Of a DNA stretch of 64,000 nucleotides, positions 29,845 through 38,555 are shown in pieces; the stretch's first letter is position 1, and every line of letters starts with the position of its first letter. This DNA comes from a bacterium (lineage in GTDB: Bacteria; UBA8248; JACPRG01; G963555815). Under the pieces are notes generated by a model, which did not search any database, was not told the DNA's origin, and worked only from the letters and a program-made list of their open reading frames with translations. The stretch covers positions 4,960,001-5,024,000 of the forward strand of contig OZ244653.1 in the NCBI GenBank assembly GCA_965218795.1, given 5' to 3'. The position numbers and the translations under genes were made by a program.

Positions 29845-32549
29845 TGGCCCTCCACCCGGACTTCCCCAAATCTCCTCACGCGATCCTCGACCCGGACATC
29901 CGCTGGTTCCCGGCGGACGAGGACCTGCGCGAGACCAGCATGGAAAAGCTGATGCCTCCGCTGGTGGCACAGCTTCGCCGCAAGGTGAAAGAGTTCCGCG
30001 ACGGCGGCTATGCCGGCACGAGCAACACCAGCAAGAGCCTACTGAACTGGTGGTTCAGGGAACCGCATTTAACCCCCCAGAATCCCTCCCTGACAGGGAG
30101 GGACCAAGGCATGGCGGAATTTCAATACTTCTTCGCCCAGCGGGAGGCGCTGGAGACAATCATCTACCTCTATGACGTGGCGGGGGCGAAGGACAAGTTC
30201 GACCTGATGCGCTTCGACAGCTCGGGCGCGGTAGCCGCGGGCATGTTCGACGAGACTTGGCGGCGCTGCGTGATCAAGATGGCCACGGGAAGCGGCAAGA
30301 CGAAGGTGATGAGCCTCGCGCTGGCCTGGAACTTTTTCCACAAGCTCTATGAGCCGGACTCAGGAATGGCCCGCAATTTCCTGATCATTGCCCCCAACAT
30401 CATCGTGCTGGATCGTCTCTACAGGGACTTCCGGGGCCTGCGCGTCTTCTTCGAGGATCCGGTGCTGCCGGATAACGGTTATGAAGGGCGCAACTGGCGG
30501 GACGACTTCCAGCTTACCCTCCACAAGCAGGACGAGGTGCGCGTCACGCGGCCGACCGGAAACATCTTCCTGACCAACGTCCACCGCGTCTACTCGGGCG
30601 ACGACATTCCGTCTTCGCCCCATGACGAGAACACGATGGACTATTTTTTAGGCAGGCGTCCAACGGGCGCGACGACGGATTCGAGCGTAGACCTGGGCAT
30701 GATCGTGCGCGACATCGACGAACTGATGGTGCTCAACGACGAGGCGCATCACATCCACAATGAAAATCTCGCGTGGTTCAAATCCATCGAGGACATTCAC
30801 AACCGACTCTTACAGAAAGGCAGCGGTCTGAGCTTGCAGGTGGACGTGACCGCCACGCCGAAGCACAACAACGGTGCCATCTTCGTGCAGACGGTCGCGG
30901 ACTATCCACTGGTGGAGGCGATTTCCCAGAACGTGGTGAAGCACCCTGTCCTGCCCGACGCCGCCAGCCGGGCGAAACTCTCGGAACGACAGAGCGTCAA
31001 GTACACCGAGAAGTATGAGGACTATCTCGATTTAGGCGTGATTGAGTGGCGCAAGGCGTATGCAGAACATGAAAAGCTGGGCAAGAAGGCCATCCTGTTC
31101 GTGATGACCGACGACACCAGGAACTGCGACGAGGTCGCCGAGTATCTGGAAGGTCGTTACCCCGACCTCAAGAATGCGGTTCTGGTCATTCATACCAAGA
31201 ACAATGGCGAGATTTCCGAGGCTGCATCGGGAAGGGCCAAAGCGGAATTGGAAAAGTTGCGCGATCAATCCAACAAGATTGATGAGCCGGACAGTCCTTA
31301 CAAGGTGATTGTCTCGGTTCTCATGCTCAAGGAAGGCTGGGACGTTCGGAACGTCACCACCATTGTCGGCCTGCGCGCGTATTCTGCGAAAAGCAACATC
31401 TTGCCCGAACAGACCCTCGGGCGTGGCCTGCGAAGGATGTATCCAGAGAACAATATCCAAGAGTATGTAAGCGTCGTGGGTACGGATGCGTTCATGGAGT
31501 TCGTAGAATCGGTCCAGGCCGAGGGTGTGGAACTCGAACGCGCGCCGATGGGCGACGGCACCGGGGCCAAGACGCCGCTTGTCGTAGAGATCGACGACGA
31601 GAATGAGAAAAAGGATATCGAAGCCCTGGATATTGAGATCTCGGTGCTCACGCCCCGCGTCTACCGCGAATACAAAAATCTCGCGGACTTGGACGCGAGC
31701 ACCATAGAACATCAGTGCGTGCCCTATCAGCAATTCAGCGAGGAGGAGCAGCGAGAGATCGTCTTCAAGGACATCACCACCGGCGAGGTGACTCATACCA
31801 CGATCCTGGATTCGGCGGGCTTGGCCGACTATCGAAGCGTGATCGGGTATTTCGCCCAGACCATCATGAAGGAACTGCGGCTGGTCAGCGGGTACGACGT
31901 GCTTTTCGGCAAGATCAAGGCATTCGTGCAGATCGGACTGTTCGACCGGACCGTTGATCTTGAGCATCCCAACACGCTCCGCAACCTGTCGGAACTGGCC
32001 GCCACCAAGACGTTGATTGAGACCTTCAAAAAGGCCATCAACGCCCTGACGGTGCGGGACAAGGGCGACGCGGAAATCCACGACACGATCAAGCTGCGCC
32101 GGACGCGGCCTTTCGTGGTGAAGGACCAGAATTATCTCGTCCCCAAGAAAAGCGTTTTCAACCGCGTCATCGGCGACAATCGCCTGGAACTTCAGTTTGC
32201 GAATTTCCTGGAGGGTTGCCCGGACGTGGCGTCCTACGCGAAAAACTACTTCGCAGTCCATTTCAAGCTGGATTTCGTGAATGCCGACGGGAACATCTCG
32301 AACTACTATCCGGATTACTTGGTCAAGCTGCCGAACAAAAAAATCGTCATCGTCGAGATCAAGGGTCTGGAAGACCTGGACGTGCCACTGAAGATGGCGC
32401 GCTTACGGCAATGGTGCGAAGACGTCAATCAAGCTCAGTCTGACATGACGTACGATTTCGTCTACGTGGATGAAGAGGGATTCAATCAATACGCTCCCTC
32501 GACGTTTCAAGAATTGCTGGGCGGATTCCGGGAATACAAGGAGGATTGA
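29844..32549 (+). CDS. res: Type III restriction enzyme Res subunit (SF2 helicase + PD-(D/E)xK nuclease)
   Basis: MATGSGKT, NDEAHH, TATP, LKEGWDV, EQTLGRGLR, YYPDY...VEIKG; ATG overlaps the S8 stop. Confidence 0.92.
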   Translation: MALHPDFPKSPHAILDPDIRWFPADEDLRETSMEKLMPPLVAQLRRKVKEFRDGGYAGTSNTSKSLLNWWFREPHLTPQNPSLTGRDQGMAEFQYFFAQREALETIIYLYDVAGAKDKFDLMRFDSSGAVAAGMFDETWRRCVIKMATGSGKTKVMSLALAWNFFHKLYEPDSGMARNFLIIAPNIIVLDRLYRDFRGLRVFFEDPVLPDNGYEGRNWRDDFQLTLHKQDEVRVTRPTGNIFLTNVHRVYSGDDIPSSPHDENTMDYFLGRRPTGATTDSSVDLGMIVRDIDELMVLNDEAHHIHNENLAWFKSIEDIHNRLLQKGSGLSLQVDVTATPKHNNGAIFVQTVADYPLVEAISQNVVKHPVLPDAASRAKLSERQSVKYTEKYEDYLDLGVIEWRKAYAEHEKLGKKAILFVMTDDTRNCDEVAEYLEGRYPDLKNAVLVIHTKNNGEISEAASGRAKAELEKLRDQSNKIDEPDSPYKVIVSVLMLKEGWDVRNVTTIVGLRAYSAKSNILPEQTLGRGLRRMYPENNIQEYVSVVGTDAFMEFVESVQAEGVELERAPMGDGTGAKTPLVVEIDDENEKKDIEALDIEISVLTPRVYREYKNLADLDASTIEHQCVPYQQFSEEEQREIVFKDITTGEVTHTTILDSAGLADYRSVIGYFAQTIMKELRLVSGYDVLFGKIKAFVQIGLFDRTVDLEHPNTLRNLSELAATKTLIETFKKAINALTVRDKGDAEIHDTIKLRRTRPFVVKDQNYLVPKKSVFNRVIGDNRLELQFANFLEGCPDVASYAKNYFAVHFKLDFVNADGNISNYYPDYLVKLPNKKIVIVEIKGLEDLDVPLKMARLRQWCEDVNQAQSDMTYDFVYVDEEGFNQYAPSTFQELLGGFREYKED

Positions 32550-32726
32550 AATAGACCTGCTTTCGCCCGATATATCGGCCCAGGCGTGGCCGATGCCGAC
32601 CAGGGCGTGACGGGGATCCAGGAAGAGGAGTTTTCGCCTTTGCAGGATACGGCCCCATGCCTCCTTAAGCCTTCCACCGATTCCGGAACTCCGATCAGAT
32701 GAACGGGGTGCGGTATCGGTCATAGG

Positions 32727-33017
32727 TTAGGCTGCATCCCCGGTGGTCTCGAAGCTGATCTTGAGCCGGGTGCCGGTGGCTCGCGCGATCCTTTCCAGCG
32801 TCCTGGTGGACGGGTGGACGCGCCCGCTCTCAAACCGGGCCACGACCGATTGCGTCGTCTTCATGCGCCTGGCGAGCTGCGTCTGGGTGAGCCCGGCGCC
32901 GATGCGGGCCTCGATCAGCGAGCGGGCCAACTCGAACTCCGGCCCCAACTCCTCATAGGCCGCCCGGTAGTCCGGGTCCCCGCTCCATTTCTTATGCAAG
33001 TCGCTTGCTTTGCTCAT
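32727..33017 (-). CDS. XRE/HTH antitoxin
   Basis: AAYEELGPEFELARSLIEARIGAGLTQTQLARRMKTTQSVVARFESG; ATGA overlap with the toxin. Confidence 0.88.
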   Translation of the reverse strand: MSKASDLHKKWSGDPDYRAAYEELGPEFELARSLIEARIGAGLTQTQLARRMKTTQSVVARFESGRVHPSTRTLERIARATGTRLKISFETTGDAA

Positions 33018-33340
33018 TTCAGCACCTCCCTGGCGCGTTGCAGCGCCAAGTCGATCTCCCGGCGGGGCGTCTTCCGCGTCTTCTTGATAAAGACCCGCGC
33101 CACCACAACCCGTTCGTCCCGGACGGCGACATAGAGCGCACGCGCTATCCCGGCCCGGCCCTTGATGCGCATTTCCCAAAGCGGACCGGTCAAGCGCCTG
33201 ACATGCGGTGCGCCGACACGCTCCAGCCCGACCGCCTCGATCAACTCGCTGATGCGCAAGAACCGCGCCCGCAACTCAACGGGCAGAGCGTCAAGCTCTT
33301 TGTCTACGGTCGCATTCAGGGTCTCCACGGTCCAGTTCAT
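33014..33340 (-). CDS. RelE/ParE-superfamily (Gp49-like) toxin
   Basis: MNWTVE...PHVRRL.GPLWEMR.KG..GIARALY...VFIKKTRKTP.REI..A..R. Confidence 0.9.
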   Translation of the reverse strand: MNWTVETLNATVDKELDALPVELRARFLRISELIEAVGLERVGAPHVRRLTGPLWEMRIKGRAGIARALYVAVRDERVVVARVFIKKTRKTPRREIDLALQRAREVLK

Positions 33341-33350
33341 GGATACCAGA

Positions 33351-33369
33351 ATATAGCACATTTGATATA
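33351..33369. promoter_or_regulatory. Candidate TA operator
   Basis: Imperfect palindrome ATATAGCACATTTGATATA immediately upstream of the toxin start. Confidence 0.5.
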
Positions 33370-33435
33370 CTCATGCAACCAGGGCTTGCCGGACCGGTCG
33401 ATGCGAGGCAGCCGGCGCGGGAAAGGGCAATGAAT

Positions 33436-33536
33436 GGGATTCCCGCCCTTGATCGAAGCATTCGAGGGCATGCTTGAACCTGCCTGTGCGCCTGCCAAGC
33501 CGGCAGACAGGTCGCACGCAGACAGGCGGGAATGAC
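33436..33536. repeat. Nested small palindromic elements inside a GGATTCCCGC...GCGGGAATGAC REP-like shell
   Basis: Shell, plus CCCTTGAT..ATTCGAGGG, plus CCTGCCTGTGCG..CGCACGCAGACAGG, plus inner 21-nt CCTGCCAAGCCGGCAGACAGG. Confidence 0.75.
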
Positions 33537-33589
33537 GGACTAAGGCTACGGCGGGAATTCTGCGGGACGCAGACGCCTTCCTGCTCTCC

Positions 33590-33800
33590 CGATATGCCCA
33601 GGGCCGGGGACTGGACAGCCTTCGGATGTGCTGGCGTGCGGTCTGCGAGGACGTCGGACTCGGCAAGCTCCGGCTTCACAATCTCCGCCACACCCTGGCC
33701 GGCCATGCCGTCATGTCCGGTGAGTACCCGCCCCGGTCGGCCGTCTGCCCGGCCGTGGCCGGCATCGAGCGCGGTCCATGCACGCCCCTTGCAAACCCCT
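33590..33800 (+). pseudogene. Tyrosine integrase C-terminal remnant
   Basis: WRAVCEDVGLGKLRLHNLRHTLAGHAVMSGE, then shifted-frame VGRLPGRGRHR..MHA (degenerate HDLRH / LGH / Y boxes). Confidence 0.72.
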
Positions 33801-34086
33801 TGCAACGGCGTTGCAAGGCCGTTTAAAAATCATTCCGATCCCGTTCTCGATGATTTTGGCTCTGCTGCGCCCGCCTGTTAGGAATCCCCGCGGCCCATGG
33901 CCAAGGGGGTGGGGAGGAGTCCGGACCGGCGAAGGGCGAACAACATCCCCTCGGCGAGCGCTCGGGTTTCCGTGCCATTCAGATGAATCGGATCGTTTTT
34001 GGGATAAGCCGATAAGGGAGCGATGAACGAGTCGGTGAAGACCTTGCCGATGGGTCTGTGCTATCGATTCTTCTTGGTATTCCGAC

Positions 34087-34566
34087 CTATACCTTCGTCT
34101 TCATCGCTTCCGCGGCCTGCTGGATTGCGCTGATGATTTCATAGTAGCTGGTGCAGCGGCAGAGGTTTCCCTCCATGAATTTCTTGATCTCTTCTTCCGT
34201 CGGGTCGGGGTTTTCATCGAGCAGGGCTTTGGCCGTCATGATCATCCCCGGGGTGCAGTAACCGCATTGGAAACCGCCTTCTTCGATGAACGCCGCTTGG
34301 AGCGGGTGGAGCGCGCTCTCGTTCGGGGCGAGGCCTTCAATGGTTCTCACGTCCGTTCCGTCCGCGAAAGGCGCCAGCATCACGCAGGTCGCCACCGGAC
34401 GATCGTCCACCAGGGCCGTGCAGGCGCCGCAGATACCCACTCCGCAGACCTCCCGCGGCCCCGTCATTCGAAGCTGGTTGTACAGCACGTCCATGAACGT
34501 GTGATGGGACCGTACGGTGACTTGGTGTTCCTCGCCGTTGAGGGTAAAGCGGATTTCGCGTTCCAT
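34087..34566 (-). CDS. (2Fe-2S)-binding small subunit of Mo-hydroxylase
   Basis: CGVGICGAC, QCGYCTPG, NLCRCT. Confidence 0.95.
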   Translation of the reverse strand: MEREIRFTLNGEEHQVTVRSHHTFMDVLYNQLRMTGPREVCGVGICGACTALVDDRPVATCVMLAPFADGTDVRTIEGLAPNESALHPLQAAFIEEGGFQCGYCTPGMIMTAKALLDENPDPTEEEIKKFMEGNLCRCTSYYEIISAIQQAAEAMKTKV

Positions 34567-36914
34567 CAGGCTTGAGCCTCCCGTTCTTCTCTCTCCCGCA
34601 ATGCGCGGAGCACCTTCTCCGGGGTGATGGGCAGGTCGTGAATCCGGACGCCGATGGCGTCGTAAACGGCGTTGGCCACGGCCGGGGAGGGGGGGGTGAT
34701 GGACGTCTCACCCGTCCCGCGCGCGCCGAACGGTCCGTCCTGGACCGCCGTCTCGATCAAGCGGTTTTCCATCACGTCCGGGATCTCTTCGAAGGAGGGA
34801 AGGATGTAGTCGACGAAATGCGGGTTCAACGGCTGCCCGTTATCGAAGTCCAGGGATTCGTAAAAGGTCTGCCCCAGCGCCATCATGGATGAGCCGGCGA
34901 CCTGTTGGACGCAGCTTTTCGGGTTGAGCGCGCTCCCCACGTCGACCGTATTGACGAATTTTCGGATGTGGACTTCACCGGTTTCCGTATCCACTTCCAC
35001 TTCGCAGGCTCCGCCGGCCGGAAACCAGTAGACCGTAGTGAGCTCTTCGACCGCCAGGCCCGTCTCCCTGTCCAGCTTTCCGCCCTTGGTCTTCAGGACG
35101 CCCCGGCCCAGGATGTTTCCGCCGTCCATCCCGAAGAAACCCTGAATCACCTCCTGAACGGTGACGGTTCGGCTGGGATCGGTCTTCGCGAAGACCTTCC
35201 CTTCGCGGATATCCATGTCTTCGGCTGCGGCCTCCATCATGTCGGAGGCGAGCTCCAGGATCTGATTCTTGGCGTCGACGGCGGCCATGCTCACCGCGGA
35301 TCCCACGTGGAAGGTCGACCGGCTCGAATTCGTCATCTGGTCATAGGGCGTGACGTTCGTGTCGGGATGAACCACGCTGACCATGTCATAGGTCACGCCC
35401 AGCGTTTCAGCGGCAATCTGCGCCATGACCGCGTCGGAGCCCTGTCCCATGTCCACCGTAGAGCAGAGGACCGAAACGCTTGAGTCGTTGTTCACCTTGA
35501 TGAAGGCGCTGGAGGTCGTCGGCGTCACGGTGCTCTTGATGGCGACCGATACTCCCCGGCCCACCTGGATATGGGGCTCGGCCGCGGGCTTGGGGGGGGA
35601 TTCCCAGCCGATTCCTTCGACGGCCAGCCGGAGATTCTCTCTGAAGTCGATCTCCTTCATGATGGAGGTGGTGATGAATTCGTCGCCCGGCTCGATCATG
35701 TTCTGATCCAGGAACTTCACCGGGTCGATGCCCATCTCGCGGGCAATGATGTCATTCTGCTGACCATAGGCCCAGGAAACCTGCGCCACGCCGAAGCCGC
35801 GGAACGGCCCGGAGGAAGGTTTGTTCGTCAAGACGCAATGCGAATCCACCCAGGCGTTGGGCATCTTGAAGGGGCCGCACGATACATAGCCGCAATTCTT
35901 CGCTACACGGGGACCGATGTCGGCGTAAGCTCCCGTGTCCAGGAATATCTCCGTCTTGCGGCCCTTGAAAAAACCGTCGTTCGTGACGCCCGTCTTGATC
36001 CGGACGCGAGAGGCGTGCTTGACGCATTCGAGAAAGCATTCCTCGCGGGTGAGGGTCAACCGGACGGGCCGGTTGGCCTTCCACGCCAGACAGGCCGTGA
36101 TCGGCTCGATCCGGGCATACGTCTTGGACCCGAAGCCCCCGCCCAGGTATCCGGGAATCATGATGCGGACGTTCCCCACCGGAACGTTGAAGACGCGGGC
36201 CACCGAGTTTCTCGCCAGGAAGGGATTCTGGGTCGAGGACCAGATATTGATCTTGTTCCCGTGCTCGATCTTGGCGATGGCGTTGAACGGCTCGAAGGCG
36301 ACGTGCTGCGTCGTCGGCGTCGTGAACTCGTGCTCGAAAATATGGTCCGATTCTTCGAACCCTTTTTCCACGTCGCCGTATCGAAGACGGTACTGGTTGC
36401 AGATGTTGGTTCCCGGCAGGGGCCGGATGGATTTCAGGTCCGCGAAGCCCGTCGGAGGGACCTGCAAATCCTCATGCACGAGCGGCGCCCCCTGGGCAAG
36501 GGCGGCATCGAGGTCGGTCACGGCGGGGATCTCTTCATACTCCACCTCGATGAGCGATATGCCCTCCTCAGCCGTGTCGATATCGACGGCGGCCACGGCG
36601 GCCACCCGTTCTCCCACGTACCGGACCTTTTCCATGGAGACGACCGGCTGGTCGTAATAAACAGGGCCGTACGTCGGCGTCCATCGGTCGTTCCCGATAA
36701 AGTCGTTGCGCGAGATCACGGCGAATACGCCGGGAAGACGCTCCGCTTTGGACGTGTCGATGTTCAGGATCCTGGCGTGAGGGTGTGGACTTCCCAACAG
36801 CCGGGCGTGCCCCGTGCCGGGAATGTCGTAATGCATCGTGTAAACGCCATCGCCGCGGACCTTGGATTCCGCTTCGGGGCGGGTTTCTGACAGACCGATG
36901 GTCACGTGGCTCAT
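34566..36914 (-). CDS. Xanthine dehydrogenase-family Mo-binding large subunit
   Basis: SPHPHA, YLGGGFGSK, GAYAD, GPFRGFG, DMGQG, GPFGARGTGE. Confidence 0.93.
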   Translation of the reverse strand: MSHVTIGLSETRPEAESKVRGDGVYTMHYDIPGTGHARLLGSPHPHARILNIDTSKAERLPGVFAVISRNDFIGNDRWTPTYGPVYYDQPVVSMEKVRYVGERVAAVAAVDIDTAEEGISLIEVEYEEIPAVTDLDAALAQGAPLVHEDLQVPPTGFADLKSIRPLPGTNICNQYRLRYGDVEKGFEESDHIFEHEFTTPTTQHVAFEPFNAIAKIEHGNKINIWSSTQNPFLARNSVARVFNVPVGNVRIMIPGYLGGGFGSKTYARIEPITACLAWKANRPVRLTLTREECFLECVKHASRVRIKTGVTNDGFFKGRKTEIFLDTGAYADIGPRVAKNCGYVSCGPFKMPNAWVDSHCVLTNKPSSGPFRGFGVAQVSWAYGQQNDIIAREMGIDPVKFLDQNMIEPGDEFITTSIMKEIDFRENLRLAVEGIGWESPPKPAAEPHIQVGRGVSVAIKSTVTPTTSSAFIKVNNDSSVSVLCSTVDMGQGSDAVMAQIAAETLGVTYDMVSVVHPDTNVTPYDQMTNSSRSTFHVGSAVSMAAVDAKNQILELASDMMEAAAEDMDIREGKVFAKTDPSRTVTVQEVIQGFFGMDGGNILGRGVLKTKGGKLDRETGLAVEELTTVYWFPAGGACEVEVDTETGEVHIRKFVNTVDVGSALNPKSCVQQVAGSSMMALGQTFYESLDFDNGQPLNPHFVDYILPSFEEIPDVMENRLIETAVQDGPFGARGTGETSITPPSPAVANAVYDAIGVRIHDLPITPEKVLRALREREEREAQA

Positions 36915-36927
36915 GGATCCTCCGTTT

Positions 36928-37800
36928 TCATCCAGTTCCGTTGCCGTCCAAAGCTCGCTTCAGGACCCGGCGGGCGAAGGCGCGCGAGAGCTCTTTCTTG
37001 TACCATTTCGATCCCCGGGAATCCTCCATGGGATCGACCTGTTCGTAGCAGCGCTCTGCAATCGCTCCGATGAGGTTGTCATCCAGTTTCCTGCCGGCCG
37101 CCATCTCGGAGACTCCCGGTACACGGAACGGTGTTTCCGTCACGGATCCGAAGATGACGTCCAGGTTCTCGCAAGACCCGTCTTCTGAAAGGTCCAGGAA
37201 CGCAGAGACACCCAGGCAGGGCCAGTCCGTGGAACTGTTGGGGGTGAACTTGAGATAGGCGGATCGGGTGCCCGGGGCCGAAGGCGGGACGACGATGTGC
37301 GTCAGGATCTCGTCCGGCTCCAACGCCGATTCAAGATAGCCGGTGAAGAATCCATCGAAGGGGATCTCGCGCTCCCCGCGAACGCTCCGGGCGCAGGCCC
37401 TGGCGCCGAGGCCGATCAGAACAGGGGGCGGATCGGAGTGGGGGTCGGCGTGGGCCAGCTCGCCCCCGAGCGTCCCCATGCACCGGATTCGTACGTTCGC
37501 CACTTGGCTCATGACTTCGCCGAGCAAGGGGCAGTGCGCACGGACCACGGGGGAGGTCTCCAGGGTACGGTGGAGGGCCCCGGCCCCGATGATGAGCCCC
37601 TGCTCCGGTTCATGGCGAATGTCGTCGAATTGGGGAATGCGGCGTACGGCGATAAGCCGCTCGGGTTGGAAGATCTTCTGTTTCATCAGGATGGCGAGGG
37701 CGACACCGCCGCCAACCACTTTGACGCCCTCTCCGGCCTTGGAAAGCTGATCGCACGCCTCTTCGAGCGAAGCGGGCTCCAGAATCTCAAGCTTTTTCAT
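36928..37800 (-). CDS. FAD-binding medium subunit of Mo-hydroxylase (CoxM-like)
   Basis: VGGG, RIRCMGTLGG.LAHADP.SD, DSRGS.WYK. Confidence 0.93.
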   Translation of the reverse strand: MKKLEILEPASLEEACDQLSKAGEGVKVVGGGVALAILMKQKIFQPERLIAVRRIPQFDDIRHEPEQGLIIGAGALHRTLETSPVVRAHCPLLGEVMSQVANVRIRCMGTLGGELAHADPHSDPPPVLIGLGARACARSVRGEREIPFDGFFTGYLESALEPDEILTHIVVPPSAPGTRSAYLKFTPNSSTDWPCLGVSAFLDLSEDGSCENLDVIFGSVTETPFRVPGVSEMAAGRKLDDNLIGAIAERCYEQVDPMEDSRGSKWYKKELSRAFARRVLKRALDGNGTG

Positions 37801-38084
37801 TCATCGAAACCTTTCCGAGCGTTCGTCATGCGCTCGAATCAAGATCGAACTGCGTCCCCGCGAGCAGAAGCGTCTAACCCTCTCGGAATTTTCGGTTCAG
37901 GCTGGACAAGCTGACATTTCGAACGGTGGGTCTGCGCATACCGGCCTGCTCCCGGCAGGGAGCAGGCCGCAATTGACCTGGCCCCCGCATGAACCGGGAA
38001 CGGGAAAGAGTGTATCCCCCGCCCGAATTGGCTGTCAAGGCGGCGCCTCCAACCGTTCCGGGCCGCCTTATACTTGGTTGACGG

Positions 38085-38357
38085 TTACCCACCCCTTCCT
38101 GAATCAGGCGGGCCGCAGCTTCGGTGCTCATTCCGGGATGGATGTCGGAGTACTCCGGGGTGTCCCGACTTTTGTATGCATCGGTTCGGATCTGGACGAT
38201 GACGCCCGGGCCGATCCTCGCCTTAGGCCTTTCCCAACCGCCGGGTTCCTTCCCGGTGGGCGGAGTACATGATGTCGGGCGGAAAGGGCTCATTGGCGAA
38301 ATTTTCAATGGGAAGGCCGAGGTCGTAGATGCGAAGCGATTTGGCTCTCTTGGCCAT
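38085..38357 (-). pseudogene. Internally deleted cyclase (kynurenine formamidase-like) gene
   Basis: MAKRAKSLRIYDLGLPIENFANEPFPP...* joined out of frame to IGPGVIVQIRTDA...HPGMSTEAAARLIQEGV; the HxGTHxD core is missing. Confidence 0.6.
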
Positions 38358-38555
38358 GGAAGGGTCTCCTGAATCGAGCGTGTCGGTCCGTTATTTTGAA
38401 TCTGCATTCACATCCCTAGACGGATGCGTTCGGCCCGCCGGTCCACGTGGGTGGAGGAGGATGGTTTGCGCCAAGGACCCGGATCCCCCGGGAAGGTGTA
38501 AGATGTCTTGCCTCGATTCAAGGCGCATGGATCGGGGTGAGGCTGATCTGCCAAC

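Noticed and set aside
33905-33975. RNase P RNA start (GAGGAGTCCGGAC)
   Set aside because: Lacks the GAGGAAAGUCC consensus and the downstream conserved elements.
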